Shown: positions 30,378-40,582, counted from the first letter of the stretch. The stretch is DNA of 64,000 nt from a virus (IMGVR_UViG_3300028242_000036:8222-72221); one strand, 5' to 3'. The notes: generated from the sequence alone by a model not told the origin. Program-made: numbers and translations.

Positions 30378-31001
30378 TTAGTTCATTAATGTCTTATACT
30401 GATTAAGCATTTCTTTGAGTTCAGGACTCTTTTCAGCCATCATTTCATACAGAGCAAGTTCCTGCATTTCCTTCATCTTTTTGTCCATCTCACTCTTCAG
30501 CTTCTTAGCTTCTTCTCTGTTCTTCTTACGCTGTTCAAAGTAATAAAAGTTAATAGGAGAAATAATTTCCTTAGTTATCTCAACACCGTCATATTCGTCT
30601 TTGTTAATAATTTCAATCACTTTACCGACACTATATCCGTGTGCTGTATCACAAAGTACATATTCATCTACACTGATATAATCTTCAAACAGTGCAAAAG
30701 CATACTTCTTATCTGTGTTTGTTCCCTGTACAAATTTAACCATTGCTACTCTATAATTTCCTGTAATCATTTCGTTGTCTCCTTTATCTGTAATATTATT
30801 TTCTTCGTTATATAACTTTAAAGAGTTTGCATTATAAGTTCTTTTAAGTCCACCATTAAACTTTACGGTGATGTAAGTATCATTGCTCCAATAACCCTTG
30901 CTAATGTTATCAACCACGCCTACCCATCCGCTTGTTTGACATTGGCTTGTAACAAGAACTTTATCACCTATTTGAAATGTCTTAATATACATTTTTCCCA
31001 T
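30378..31001 (-). CDS. Hypothetical protein (SH3/KOW-like N-terminus)
   Basis: FQIGDKVLV...; C-terminal charged helix. Confidence 0.6.
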   Translation of the reverse strand: MGKMYIKTFQIGDKVLVTSQCQTSGWVGVVDNISKGYWSNDTYITVKFNGGLKRTYNANSLKLYNEENNITDKGDNEMITGNYRVAMVKFVQGTNTDKKYAFALFEDYISVDEYVLCDTAHGYSVGKVIEIINKDEYDGVEITKEIISPINFYYFEQRKKNREEAKKLKSEMDKKMKEMQELALYEMMAEKSPELKEMLNQYKTLMN

Positions 31002-31007
31002 TACACA

Positions 31008-32477
31008 TTACTCACTTTCTACAATTTCCTGTGCCTCTTCCATATCGGCTTCAGTAGCACTATCCTTTACAATTCCTTCGAGAACCTTAAAGGTGAAATT
31101 CTTATGCTTATAAGCAGTAAACTTAGGTCTGTTTTCAATTCTTACAACTACACCCTCACGCCAATGGGTCTTGCCAATGGGGTCAACACCATCATAATAA
31201 TATTCTGCTATATCTTTTACAAATTCGCCAGCTTCTATGGTAATGGGTTCACCCATATCTGTATAAAATACATCATTAGGAATAATAAATCTTTTAAGCA
31301 TAGGTACAACCTTAACACCCATCTGTTCACAACGATACTTCATATAATCATAAGGGTATTCAACTACCTCACCATCTTCATTGGTCATAGTCATACGATA
31401 TACATAAATATCTGACTGAGGTTCACAACGACCAAGATTATATCCACCATTCTTATCGTTCCAACCATTAGGTTCACAACCATAACTAAATATAGTTTCA
31501 TCACCATACTTCTTAACAAATTCCTTATCGTTAAGCTTCTTATTACTTACCGTAGGCATAATAGGTGTGCCTGTATCTGTAAATCCAACTACCTCATAGA
31601 ATACCTCTTCGCCCTTATGTAACTTGCCTACAAACTTATTGTGGTGCTGTTCTCTAAATGAGTTATTACCATAATAGCCACCGTCATAGCTTTCAAGAAC
31701 AGTTCTTCTTGTACCTGATACATAATCCCAATCGTAAATAGGAGTTGCTCGCTTTATAATCCAATCATAGATTTTAGTATCCCAAGGCATCATTTTGCCA
31801 CCATTCTGTTCTTCGTACTTCTTAGCTCCCTCTGTAAACCACTTTTCAAAAGGAGTCTTGTATTTATAACCCTTAAATACAGGCAGATAACCTGTTCTCT
31901 GTGAAGTACCGTGTAGCTTCAGTGTAATTTCAACAATGTCTCCTGCCTTAAAAGCGTGTAGATTATATGCAAGCTGTGCAGTGTCAATATGCTCTTCAAA
32001 ATAAGGAGAGATAACCACTTTCCTTCTCTTGTTTGAGTTGCCTGTTGAATAACTATTGCTTCTATGATTTGTCTTAGGAATATACTTTTCACAAATCAGT
32101 ACACCATTAAGAGTTGTAATTGTATCACCCTCATTAAGTGTCTTAATATCAACATAATCAGCAAGGCTTTCAAGTGGCATAAACAAACCGTCTGACTGTT
32201 CACCACGAAGCTTCAGAGCCTTAATGTTCCTCTTTTCGGGGTCAAGATAACCACCAACATTATTACCATTTTCGTCTTTTCTTCGTACAAGATTATGCTT
32301 ATTTGCAAAGTCCTCACTGAGCTTACCATCTACAGGGAAATATACACCTAACTGATTTTCGGTATAATCAAGGCTTACAATAACATTGTTACCAAAACAT
32401 TCACCACAAAGCAAACGGTCAGCGTTGTGATGGGGTCTTACATTTCTTAATCTTGTAATATATCCACAATATGCCAT
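31008..32477 (-). CDS. RNA ligase (Rnl2/DRB0094-like)
   Basis: N-terminal HHNADRL..., KLHGTS adenylation motif, FYEVVG, IYVY, REGVVVR, KHKNFTFKVLE. Confidence 0.8.
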   Translation of the reverse strand: MAYCGYITRLRNVRPHHNADRLLCGECFGNNVIVSLDYTENQLGVYFPVDGKLSEDFANKHNLVRRKDENGNNVGGYLDPEKRNIKALKLRGEQSDGLFMPLESLADYVDIKTLNEGDTITTLNGVLICEKYIPKTNHRSNSYSTGNSNKRRKVVISPYFEEHIDTAQLAYNLHAFKAGDIVEITLKLHGTSQRTGYLPVFKGYKYKTPFEKWFTEGAKKYEEQNGGKMMPWDTKIYDWIIKRATPIYDWDYVSGTRRTVLESYDGGYYGNNSFREQHHNKFVGKLHKGEEVFYEVVGFTDTGTPIMPTVSNKKLNDKEFVKKYGDETIFSYGCEPNGWNDKNGGYNLGRCEPQSDIYVYRMTMTNEDGEVVEYPYDYMKYRCEQMGVKVVPMLKRFIIPNDVFYTDMGEPITIEAGEFVKDIAEYYYDGVDPIGKTHWREGVVVRIENRPKFTAYKHKNFTFKVLEGIVKDSATEADMEEAQEIVESE

Positions 32478-32509
32478 TATTTTATCTCCTATCTTTTTAA
32501 AATTTAATT

Positions 32510-33019
32510 TTAATTTTCTGAAACAATTTCTACTTTATAGCCAAGTTCTTTTTCGATTTCGGCTACTGTCATTTTCTTAACAGGTTCTTTGGGTCGTTCC
32601 CAAATAAGAGTGAGGTTTTTATCGTCAAAATAAGAGCTTAAAGATAAAGCCTTTGATGTATATACTTTATTAATAGTTGATTCATTATAACGACATTCGA
32701 GCGTATCTGTGTAAGCACTCACCGCTGTATAACAATGTGTACCCCTAAAAGCACCATTTATTAGCACTTTTCTTTTACCATTACTACACTCAACCACCAT
32801 ACCGTCTTTAAGGTCTGACTTGGTAAAAGGTGCTAATTCAAGTTCATCGTCACTCCACCACCAAGGATTTCGTGGAAAATTATAAGAGTAATTATCATTT
32901 TCTCGTATTGCTACAATGGTAAAAATTTGTCCAATGTATTGTGCTTTTGGTAGATAGTCACTTGCTTTTAAAGGTAATGATTTAACAATTCTAACCCTAT
33001 CTCCAATTTTAAATTTCAT
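32510..33019 (-). CDS. Hypothetical protein
   Basis: MKFKIGDRV, SDLKDGMVV, KKMTVAEIEKELGY. Confidence 0.65.
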   Translation of the reverse strand: MKFKIGDRVRIVKSLPLKASDYLPKAQYIGQIFTIVAIRENDNYSYNFPRNPWWWSDDELELAPFTKSDLKDGMVVECSNGKRKVLINGAFRGTHCYTAVSAYTDTLECRYNESTINKVYTSKALSLSSYFDDKNLTLIWERPKEPVKKMTVAEIEKELGYKVEIVSEN

Positions 33020-33070
33020 TTTTAATTCTTCCTTTCCGTATTTGTTATTTCTTTCCTTAACTGTATCTTT

Positions 33071-33099
33071 ATTATAATATTATTTTGTTGATTTGTCAA
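33071..33099 (-). promoter_or_regulatory. Sigma-A promoter
   Basis: TTGACA-AATCAACAAAATAATAT-TATAAT. Confidence 0.85.
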
Positions 33100-33166
33100 T
33101 GGTTTCGGGTGATTTTTTACAGGTTTTACCATTTGCACAAAAATAAAAAGAATGATAATTTAATTT

Positions 33167-33181
33167 TGTATAATATGTACA
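33167..33181. promoter_or_regulatory. Palindromic operator-like site in the loop of an inverted repeat
   Basis: TGTATA-ATA-TGTACA. Confidence 0.45.
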
Positions 33182-33209
33182 TACTAATTAAATATCATTC
33201 CTTTTTGTT

Positions 33210-33392
33210 TTATTCTTGTTCTTTTTGACTTTGTATATATCTTGCCCAATTTTCCATAGCCTCATCTGTTCCACATTGAGAGCATATGTTTGTTTTATTG
33301 TCGGTTCTTGATAACGCAGGATAATCCGTCACAGTTTTACCACACCTCGGACATTCCCAAGGTAAAATATTTCCGTTAGCATCTCTTTCCAT
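33210..33392 (-). CDS. Small zinc-finger protein
   Basis: CPRCG...PALSR.DNKT.ICSQCG..EA. Confidence 0.7.
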   Translation of the reverse strand: MERDANGNILPWECPRCGKTVTDYPALSRTDNKTNICSQCGTDEAMENWARYIQSQKEQE

Positions 33393-33452
33393 TGTAATAC
33401 CTCCGTTAAGGTTTATTGGTTAAATAATGGTTAATTAAATTATAACAAATAA

Positions 33453-34958
33453 TCAATACTCAGGCAAGATGCTACAATACCCTACTTCCTTATAATAGTT
33501 CGTGGCATAATCTACCTCGGCTACAATCTGATAACCATTAGCCTCACCAAATCTATTTTTGGTTACAAAAAAGATTAAATAATTTTTTTCAGGGTCAAGT
33601 TTAAATGGTATCTTTGTTCGTTTACCCTCTATACGGAAACACTTGATACTATTCTTTTCTTCACCCTTTTCATCTTCAAGCACAAGTCTTGAAAGCATAA
33701 CACAGCTCATAGTGTCGATAATATTTTTAGACATACCAATGGAAAAGTTGGTTAAATATCTTTGAACAAGTGCCTGTTTGCCAAGCTGTGCAGTAACAAA
33801 CAAAGCAACATTCTTTACCTTGGGTTTGATAACATCATACAATTTAACCATATCAGTCTGTAATGAGAGCCAACTGTTTTCGGATTTAGCATCATTACCT
33901 AACTTTAAGGTATCAAGTACGAAATACTTACACCCCATAGAACTATACTTTTTGATAAGTTTAATAGCAATATCAACATTATAACTCTCTAATGGTGCGA
34001 TAATAATAGTGTTTTTATCTTTAAGCTCTTGGATTTTTTCAGCACTCTTATATAATAGTTCTTTGGTCTGCTCATCAAATCCACCATTCCTGAGTTGTGT
34101 CTTTGTGATATGACCACCCAAAACATAATTTGCATAAAATACCAACAACTCTTTTTGAACTCTTGTTTCATCCTCTTCGTTGATAATCATACAAATCTTT
34201 TCATCTTGGTCGATAATACTCGGTAATAACCATCTACAAGCAAGAAATGATTTACCACCACCTGAAGCCATAGATAACATATAAATATGACCTTGCTGTA
34301 TACCTGCAATTTGGTTGGATAAAATCTCTGAACCATACATAGACATACCAAAGGTTTCACCCTTATCCATTTTATCAATTAACTCAAAAATACCGTCTGC
34401 AACATTATATGTCTTTATGTTTGTTTCAGCATTAAGGAAGGTGTGATTAAGCAGAGCATCGTAATATTGGTATATTTCTTCAAGTGACATATCCATATAT
34501 TTTGAGAAATTCTGAGCCACAGGAAAGCCTAAATCATTCATTTGTTTTAGTGTCTTAAATTTATGCAAATCTCTAAGGTAGCCATCTATATTAGATACAT
34601 CAACATATTCAGTTGCTTGTTGAATGGTATTATAACCACCATATTCTTCGTACTTTTCGTGTAGCTTACTATGTTTTTGGAGATAGAAGCCAACCGTTAA
34701 TTCGTCAAGAGTATTCTTTTGTTCATCAAGAATAATCTGTCTACCTATTTCAAAATAAACTTTCCATACATTACTTTGGAAATCACTTAATGCAATATTG
34801 TCATAAGTACGATATAACTCAGGGTTCTTCCATAAAATAGCACATACATTTGCTTCGGATGATAAAGAGTTTTCAGCAATTTTTTTATTAACTTTCTCAC
34901 AAGCTTTTTCCCAAGCTGTTTGTGTTACAGTTTTAGTTTCTTTTTTTGTCTTTGGCAT
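33453..34958 (-). CDS. dnaB: Replicative DNA helicase (DnaB-like)
   Basis: MASGGGKS, INEE, VLDTLK, TAQL, TKNRFG. Confidence 0.85.
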   Translation of the reverse strand: MPKTKKETKTVTQTAWEKACEKVNKKIAENSLSSEANVCAILWKNPELYRTYDNIALSDFQSNVWKVYFEIGRQIILDEQKNTLDELTVGFYLQKHSKLHEKYEEYGGYNTIQQATEYVDVSNIDGYLRDLHKFKTLKQMNDLGFPVAQNFSKYMDMSLEEIYQYYDALLNHTFLNAETNIKTYNVADGIFELIDKMDKGETFGMSMYGSEILSNQIAGIQQGHIYMLSMASGGGKSFLACRWLLPSIIDQDEKICMIINEEDETRVQKELLVFYANYVLGGHITKTQLRNGGFDEQTKELLYKSAEKIQELKDKNTIIIAPLESYNVDIAIKLIKKYSSMGCKYFVLDTLKLGNDAKSENSWLSLQTDMVKLYDVIKPKVKNVALFVTAQLGKQALVQRYLTNFSIGMSKNIIDTMSCVMLSRLVLEDEKGEEKNSIKCFRIEGKRTKIPFKLDPEKNYLIFFVTKNRFGEANGYQIVAEVDYATNYYKEVGYCSILPEY

Positions 34959-34974
34959 TTATCCACCTCTCTCT

Positions 34975-35457
34975 TTACCATAAATCATTAGTTAAAGAAG
35001 TAAAGGTGTTATTGTCCGTTTTTTTGGACTCTAAATTATGATTAACATTTTTATCAACTTTAATTTCATAATCAACAACATCGGACTTTTGTATTTTTGC
35101 TTCAGCCTTTTTAGCCTTTTTTAATCTTAAAACTACATCATTGATATTATTATTTACAATAGCAAAAACATAATTAAACTTAGCCTGTTCATTAGCAAAG
35201 CTCTTTGTTTGTAATGCTTGTTGAATCTTATCCTTGCAGAAAATAAAGGTTAAATAAATAGTCTTATAATCATATTTTGCCATAGTTTTAGTTTTCTTAT
35301 TGGCATAATATTTACCTTCTGATAATCCTTTTAATCGCATAACGGCAAATTTTGGTAATGCCATAGTATCATCATAACCTAATATCTTTTTGACATAATT
35401 ATATAATGTGTCCCAATCCTGTTTTTCTTTATCGGTCATTTTTGCCATTGTAATCAC
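34975..35457 (-). CDS. Hypothetical protein (possible helicase partner)
   Basis: Directly upstream of dnaB; KFNYVFAIVNNNINDV. Confidence 0.65.
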   Translation of the reverse strand: MITMAKMTDKEKQDWDTLYNYVKKILGYDDTMALPKFAVMRLKGLSEGKYYANKKTKTMAKYDYKTIYLTFIFCKDKIQQALQTKSFANEQAKFNYVFAIVNNNINDVVLRLKKAKKAEAKIQKSDVVDYEIKVDKNVNHNLESKKTDNNTFTSLTNDLW

Positions 35458-35513
35458 CTTTACTGAATTTAGTATTAAAGGGGATATTGATTTAATATCC
35501 CCTGTTTATTATT

Positions 35514-35542
35514 ATTATAATATTATTTTATTGATTTGTCAA
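35514..35542 (-). promoter_or_regulatory. Sigma-A promoter followed by a 10-bp hairpin (35479-35503)
   Basis: TTGACA-AATCAATAAAATAATAT-TATAAT; AGGGGATATT/AATATCCCCT. Confidence 0.8.
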
Positions 35543-35547
35543 GCCCT

Positions 35548-36507
35548 TTAAAGAGTTTTTATAAGGTCAACTAATTCTTTAAGGTTTTCGAGAGGATTAC
35601 CTGCTAAATCCTTAATATTAATTTCAAGTGATTTCATAGTCTTGGTAAGCTGTGCCTTCTGTGTATCATCGGCAGTCTTAATAAAAGCCTTAATTTCTTC
35701 AGCAAGGTCTTTTGCACTTGCTTCATCACTTGCCATTCTATCCTCGTCTTTAACCGTGTCAGAACGGAAATTTACAACAGCTTCTTTATTCTTGATATTG
35801 TTATTGTAAACATCTTCCCAATTCTTGAAAGAAGGATTTTCAATAATGTCGTGCTTCTTATATGTCTGTGTACGGTCTTTAAGCACTTCACCAAAATACT
35901 TAACTTCCTTGGTCTTTTTATCTTCTTCGGTAGTAAGTCTCAGAATAATATCGTAGTCAAAAGCAATGCCGTTTGCAGTATCAGGCTTGTAGCCTACAAC
36001 AACCCAATTTTCTCCTCTTTTTTCCTTGATTTCTTTTTCCTGTGCAACATTAACAATATTAATACCCTGAGAAGCCAACATAAGCTGTGTATCGTTGATT
36101 CTCTTCATTATATTCTTAATCTTGCCCCATTCTCTCTGTGAAAGGTTAGCATCGTCAACATCTTGACCCTTACGCTTTGCTCTCTTTTCAACAAGATTCT
36201 GCTGAACAACCTGAAGGTTATTATAAAACTTAGTTACACTATCAATAGTTAAAGTCTTAATTGCGTTTTCAGGCAGAAGTTCATTTTCAACTTCGTCAAG
36301 AGCTTCTTCTAAATCGTAAATACTATTTGTAGTTACCATAAGAGCGATATTAGGATTTTCCTTATAGAATGTATAACCATCCTCAGAGTCTACAATAGCA
36401 TTATCGGGGAAACTAAGGGCAAAGGTAGACTTACCTGTGCCTGTGTCTCCATAAAGTAATACTTTAAGTGCTTTCTTTGTCTTTTCAGGCTTTTTAAAAA
36501 TTCCCAT
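35548..36507 (-). CDS. AAA_24/Sak4-like ATPase
   Basis: LLYGDTGTGKST, VDSEDG, TIDSVT, REWGKI, AQEK, FDYDI. Confidence 0.8.
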   Translation of the reverse strand: MGIFKKPEKTKKALKVLLYGDTGTGKSTFALSFPDNAIVDSEDGYTFYKENPNIALMVTTNSIYDLEEALDEVENELLPENAIKTLTIDSVTKFYNNLQVVQQNLVEKRAKRKGQDVDDANLSQREWGKIKNIMKRINDTQLMLASQGINIVNVAQEKEIKEKRGENWVVVGYKPDTANGIAFDYDIILRLTTEEDKKTKEVKYFGEVLKDRTQTYKKHDIIENPSFKNWEDVYNNNIKNKEAVVNFRSDTVKDEDRMASDEASAKDLAEEIKAFIKTADDTQKAQLTKTMKSLEINIKDLAGNPLENLKELVDLIKTL

Positions 36508-36536
36508 ATTATATTATCTCCTTGTCATATTATTCG

Positions 36537-37754
36537 TTAATCTAATCCCAATGCTTTCAGAAGGTCATCTTCGTCATCATTAGAACTATCACCCATAAGC
36601 TCATTAATGTCGATTTCATCATCGTCATCAACTTCTACAGACTCTTCTTCATCGTCTGTATCAACAAACTGACTAATGAATACAAAATCATCAGGTGTGT
36701 ACTTGCCATCTTCACGCATAATTACAAGGTGCTTCTTATCAGGGTCATCACTATCGTTCTTAGTAATAAACTGATTAATTACCATTCGTTTATCCTTTTG
36801 ACCATTGGTATATTTTGCAAACGCCTCTTCCTCACTAAGCATACCTGCATCGACCATCATTCTTACATCGTCATCAAGGTCATCAAGTGTAACCGTAGTA
36901 ATTACACCACCCTCTGAGAATGTTCCAATAACGCCAAGTTCAAGAATAGTATTCTTCTTTGTTGGCTTAAAGAATTTGTCGAGTAACATCTTGGTCTTTT
37001 CAGGAGCTTCAATATTGAGAACATCAAAATAGAATGTCTTGGGGAATACTACATTCTGCTTAACTTCTGTACCGTCAACCTTACCAACATAGTCAATTAC
37101 ATAGGCATCAATAGGATATGTATTCTTTTCTCTATCGAACCTACCTACACTATCGGCATCAAGCAAGATAGTCTGTCTAAACTCTGCCTTAAAATCTTTT
37201 TCTTCGGTTTTTGTTGAAAGATAAATGTTTTTAATATTCTTCTGAACACTAACATTATCGTTGTAATGCTGATACTGAAGATTACCTGTAACATTTACAA
37301 TAGTGCCATCTGTAAGATGTTCTGATAAATATTCAACTGCATCGTATGCAGAAAGGAATTTCTTAACATAGGTCTTACCCTTACTATCCTTTTCAATGCC
37401 TACTCTGATAAAGCAGTCATCACCAATGGTTTCAAGAATCTTATCGTCAAATCTATCATCCCAATCAATAGTAAATCTATTCTCATAGTCTGATACGAGC
37501 TTGCCATTTGTATCCTTCTTGACACCGTGAACATAAATTACATTGTCTCTTGTAGCACCATAGCCACCCATAAGATTTGAGTATACAACACCATTACCAA
37601 CATCAACACCAAGTTGCATTTGTGAATAAATCCAATCACTTGACTGTGATTCGTTGTCAATACTGAATGTATTATCACCAACCTTTGCCTTACCGATAAT
37701 GGTAAATTGAGATGCACCCTTCTTTAGAGGTGTCTTTTCAGTCTGTTTTGCCAT
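36537..37754 (-). CDS. Putative single-stranded DNA-binding protein
   Basis: Beta-rich body, very acidic C-terminal tail, next to Sak4-like ATPase and helicase. Confidence 0.55.
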   Translation of the reverse strand: MAKQTEKTPLKKGASQFTIIGKAKVGDNTFSIDNESQSSDWIYSQMQLGVDVGNGVVYSNLMGGYGATRDNVIYVHGVKKDTNGKLVSDYENRFTIDWDDRFDDKILETIGDDCFIRVGIEKDSKGKTYVKKFLSAYDAVEYLSEHLTDGTIVNVTGNLQYQHYNDNVSVQKNIKNIYLSTKTEEKDFKAEFRQTILLDADSVGRFDREKNTYPIDAYVIDYVGKVDGTEVKQNVVFPKTFYFDVLNIEAPEKTKMLLDKFFKPTKKNTILELGVIGTFSEGGVITTVTLDDLDDDVRMMVDAGMLSEEEAFAKYTNGQKDKRMVINQFITKNDSDDPDKKHLVIMREDGKYTPDDFVFISQFVDTDDEEESVEVDDDDEIDINELMGDSSNDDEDDLLKALGLD

Positions 37755-37830
37755 TAAAAATTCTCCTTTGCAATATTATTTTGTTTATTTGTAAATTTAT
37801 ATAAACACTTATAAATAAGTGATTATTTTA

Positions 37831-39372
37831 TTATACAACTGTACGAAGTGCCTCTTCAACAGCCTTATATCTTTCAGAATTAAGTTCCTTAACTAATGCC
37901 TTATAAGGGTCAAGCTCACCATTCAGCACAAGCTTCATAATGTTTGCAGAGAAACCACTAACAAGTGCTACACCCATATCATTTTGCTTTACAGGAATTG
38001 TACCTGTTCTTGAAGCAAGATTCCAAAAGATAAGTCTCGGAAGTTTATAACCATACTGAGCATACTTATTTGCAATAACATCAAAGAGTGTTGCACTAAC
38101 ACGACCACGACCATTAGTTGTTGCACAACTGTCAAATTCCATATCTGAAAGAATAAGAACATTCTGAGGAATTTCATCCTGTGTCATATGGTTATTGATT
38201 GCTGTCTTTAAAATAAGGTCAAACACAGCTTCAATATTTGTATTTGCCACCTCATTGTGCTTTAATGCAATTTCAAGCTTATCGTGTAAAGAACTTGCAT
38301 TTGTAAAATCAACCAACTGTGGTCTATTACTAAATGTAATATACTTATCCTTAAACTCTCCACTACATCTCTCACCACAATAAATAGCAAGAGCATTTGC
38401 AACCTCTAAAGCAGTTGTAGAAGAATTACTATCAACTGGTGTCATCATAGAACCTGAACCATCGGCAACAACGATTGTGTCTTTAATATTGCCAATATCT
38501 TTAAGTGATTTCCACATCTGTTCAAGTGCTTCGTCATAAGAGCCTACTCTACTGCCCCAATAACCTCTGCTATACTTATGAACTACATCGTGTGGGAAAA
38601 GTACACTTGCATTAATTTTGGTTTCACCCTTTTTGAGACTTTCGAGATATGCTCTTCTTCTCTCTTCATCATTACGCATAAAGGCATTTGAATACTTGAT
38701 ATTTGCCTTTGAGGGAACAGTAGAATAATCAATGTTTTCCCATTCCTTTGCAGACATCTTACATTCAACAACATCAAGATACTTTCTAAGAGCAGAAAGG
38801 GTCTTACGATACCTTCTTGCATCCCAATCTAAACTGTTTCTAATGAGTGTAGCTTTTCTCTTAGTGTCTTTTGAACTTGCATTTTCACTCGGCATCCACT
38901 TTGCAAGAAGTGAAATAGGCTTGTCTTCACGCATATTCATCTTGTCAAGAGCTAACTGAGTTTTAATGCTTACTAATGCTTCATTAACAACTTCTACATT
39001 GCCACATTCAATAAGCGTAATAAGATTATCCCATCTTGAATATTCAGGAATAAGCTTGATTACTGCAATGGCAATATCAGTATGCTGTTCGGCAAGATAA
39101 TTCATAATTACTCTGAATGTTCTTCTTTCGCCAAGACCTTCTCTTACATCTGAAGCATAGAAAAGCCACTTAACTGCAAGCATTGGATTTTCATAATAAG
39201 CATCAATAAACTTATTGATAATTTCCTGCTCACTTGCTTTTCTTAAACTTGCAACTGCAAAGTTTAAATCAAGAAGGTTCTTACCTGTTGTAGCATAACC
39301 TACTGCACCATTTTCTGTAATGGAAATTCGATTATCCATTTCGTTCTTCATTGCTGACATAAAATTACTCAT
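37831..39372 (-). CDS. TROVE/Ro60-like + vWA domain protein (DUF2828 type)
   Basis: TENGA, DVREGLGER, SLLAKWMP, YRKTL, IDYSTVP, LFPHDVV, vWA MIDAS VADGSGSM, TNIEAVF, LSDMEFD, IFWNL, LVSGFS; start MSNF after GAGG. Confidence 0.85.
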   Translation of the reverse strand: MSNFMSAMKNEMDNRISITENGAVGYATTGKNLLDLNFAVASLRKASEQEIINKFIDAYYENPMLAVKWLFYASDVREGLGERRTFRVIMNYLAEQHTDIAIAVIKLIPEYSRWDNLITLIECGNVEVVNEALVSIKTQLALDKMNMREDKPISLLAKWMPSENASSKDTKRKATLIRNSLDWDARRYRKTLSALRKYLDVVECKMSAKEWENIDYSTVPSKANIKYSNAFMRNDEERRRAYLESLKKGETKINASVLFPHDVVHKYSRGYWGSRVGSYDEALEQMWKSLKDIGNIKDTIVVADGSGSMMTPVDSNSSTTALEVANALAIYCGERCSGEFKDKYITFSNRPQLVDFTNASSLHDKLEIALKHNEVANTNIEAVFDLILKTAINNHMTQDEIPQNVLILSDMEFDSCATTNGRGRVSATLFDVIANKYAQYGYKLPRLIFWNLASRTGTIPVKQNDMGVALVSGFSANIMKLVLNGELDPYKALVKELNSERYKAVEEALRTVV

Positions 39373-39429
39373 TTTTAATAACCTCACTTTGAATTTTAAA
39401 TTTTAATTTTAATATATATTTAAAATTCC

Positions 39430-39491
39430 AAGGCTCAATTTTGCATTACAGATTAGCAGTCTGTCCCAAAAGATTTTGCTGTACGAGCCTT
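39430..39491 (-). ncRNA. ACAGCAA-stem RNA copy 1; cargo is a Ser(GCU) anticodon stem-loop
   Basis: AAGGCTC-GTACAGCAAA...ACAGA-CTGCTAA-TCTGT...GAGCCTT. Confidence 0.75.
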
Positions 39492-39512
39492 AGAAATTAT
39501 TTTAAAAAATAC

Positions 39513-39581
39513 AAGTCGCAATTTTTGTATAAGTTTAAATTTCAAGTTTAATCTCATAGTATGATTTGCTGTATGCGACTT
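39513..39581 (-). ncRNA. ACAGCAA-stem RNA copy 2; cargo is a Ser(UGA) anticodon stem-loop
   Basis: AAGTCGCA-TACAGCAAA...TATGAG-A-TTAAA-CTTGAAA-TTTAA-A-CTTATA...TGCGACTT. Confidence 0.75.
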
Positions 39582-39605
39582 ATGTATATTAAAGAAAGGA
39601 GAGAC

Positions 39606-39667
39606 AAGACACATTGAAAAGAAAGCCACCATCGTCTATTAGTAAATTTATTTGCTGTATGTGTCTT
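39606..39667 (-). ncRNA. ACAGCAA-stem RNA copy 3; short cargo
   Basis: AAGACACA-TACAGCAAA...TGTGTCTT. Confidence 0.7.
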
Positions 39668-39692
39668 AAAAGGAGAATCAAAACGAAACCCT

Positions 39693-39766
39693 TGGAGCAA
39701 CATAAGGTACTTGAAACCTTATTTTCTGATTGGAAATCAAATGTGTTACCGTTACACCAATGTTGC
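39693..39766 (-). tRNA. tRNA-Gly(TCC), encoded CCA
   Basis: GCAACAT acceptor, TTTGA-TTTCCAA-TCAGA anticodon arm, AAGGT-TTCAAGT-ACCTT T arm. Confidence 0.88.
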
Positions 39767-39776
39767 ATATAATAAC

Positions 39777-39906
39777 AAGACTCTATCAATAAACAATAGT
39801 CGCTGTCTTACCCCTTGACTACTACCTCATTCGGCAGGTAGGAATCGAACCTACGAATGGCGACTTGGCTTCTGTTATTTGAAAAAAGAATTGCTGTTAG
39901 AGTCTT
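39777..39906 (-). ncRNA. ACAGCAA-stem RNA copy 4; cargo is a circularly permuted tRNA (YrlA-like)
   Basis: AAGACTCTA-ACAGCAA...GCCAA-GTCGC, T arm GTAGG-TTCGATT-CCTAC, closed acceptor CTGCC-GAATGA-GGTAG, D arm GTC-AAGGGGTAA-GAC, GCGAC...TAGAGTCTT. Confidence 0.8.
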
Positions 39907-39913
39907 ATTTATT

Positions 39914-39989
<76 letters not shown>

Positions 39990-40149
39990 ATATATAATTA
40001 AAAAATTTTATAACATTAGGGTGTTATATACCCAACACTTCTCTTACAAGCTCTATCGGCAATTCCTGTCCGTAAGCAAGTGCAAGAATAATTAAACTTC
40101 TCTTTAACTTAGACATTTACATTCCTCCTTATTTTATTTTATTGATTAA

Positions 40150-40225
40150 TGGTGCAGATGGTGGGAGTTGAACCCGACTTAAGCACGATTAAAAGTCGTG
40201 TGCCTGACCGTTAGGCTACATCTGC
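40150..40225 (-). tRNA. tRNA-Lys(TTT), encoded CCA
   Basis: GCAGATG acceptor, CACGA-CTTTTAA-TCGTG, bulged T stem. Confidence 0.85.
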
Positions 40226-40228
40226 ATA

Positions 40229-40304
40229 TGGCGGTGACAGAAGGACTTGAACCTTCGACACAGTGGTTAACAGCCACTCGCTCTACCTACTGAGCTATGC
40301 CACC
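40229..40304 (-). tRNA. tRNA-Asn(GTT), encoded CCA
   Basis: GGTGGCA acceptor, AGTGG-CTGTTAA-CCACT, GAAGG-TTCAAGT-CCTTC. Confidence 0.92.
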
Positions 40305-40435
40305 ATAAAATGATAAGCGTAGCTGACATACTACCTTATCTTGCTTCTGTATTTTACAACTTGCAGTAGACCATTGTTGGGTTTTTACAAAAACGCCTTA
40401 TGTCAGATGTGTTTTCGGTGTTGTCCTTCACATTA

Positions 40436-40510
40436 TGGCAGGGGTAATAGGGTTTGAACCTATAATAATGGAGTCAAAGTCCATCGTGTTGCCAATTACA
40501 CCATACCCCT
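40436..40510 (-). tRNA. tRNA-Gln(TTG), encoded CCA
   Basis: AGGGGTA acceptor, ATGGA-CTTTGAC-TCCAT, ATAGG-TTCAAAC-CCTAT. Confidence 0.92.
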
Positions 40511-40582
40511 ATGTTTGGTGGTTATTAAGGTCAACCACCATAACCTTTTGAAAGAGGTTTATTATGACAAATCATCAACAAG

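Noticed and set aside
6552-34958. Inteins or introns in nrdD, dnaE, recD2 or dnaB
   Set aside because: Lengths are typical, with no C/S...HN intein termini, homing-endonuclease motifs or split frames.
769-39372. Stop-codon reassignment (alternative genetic code)
   Set aside because: Genes are full-length and densely packed under code 11, and no suppressor tRNA is present.
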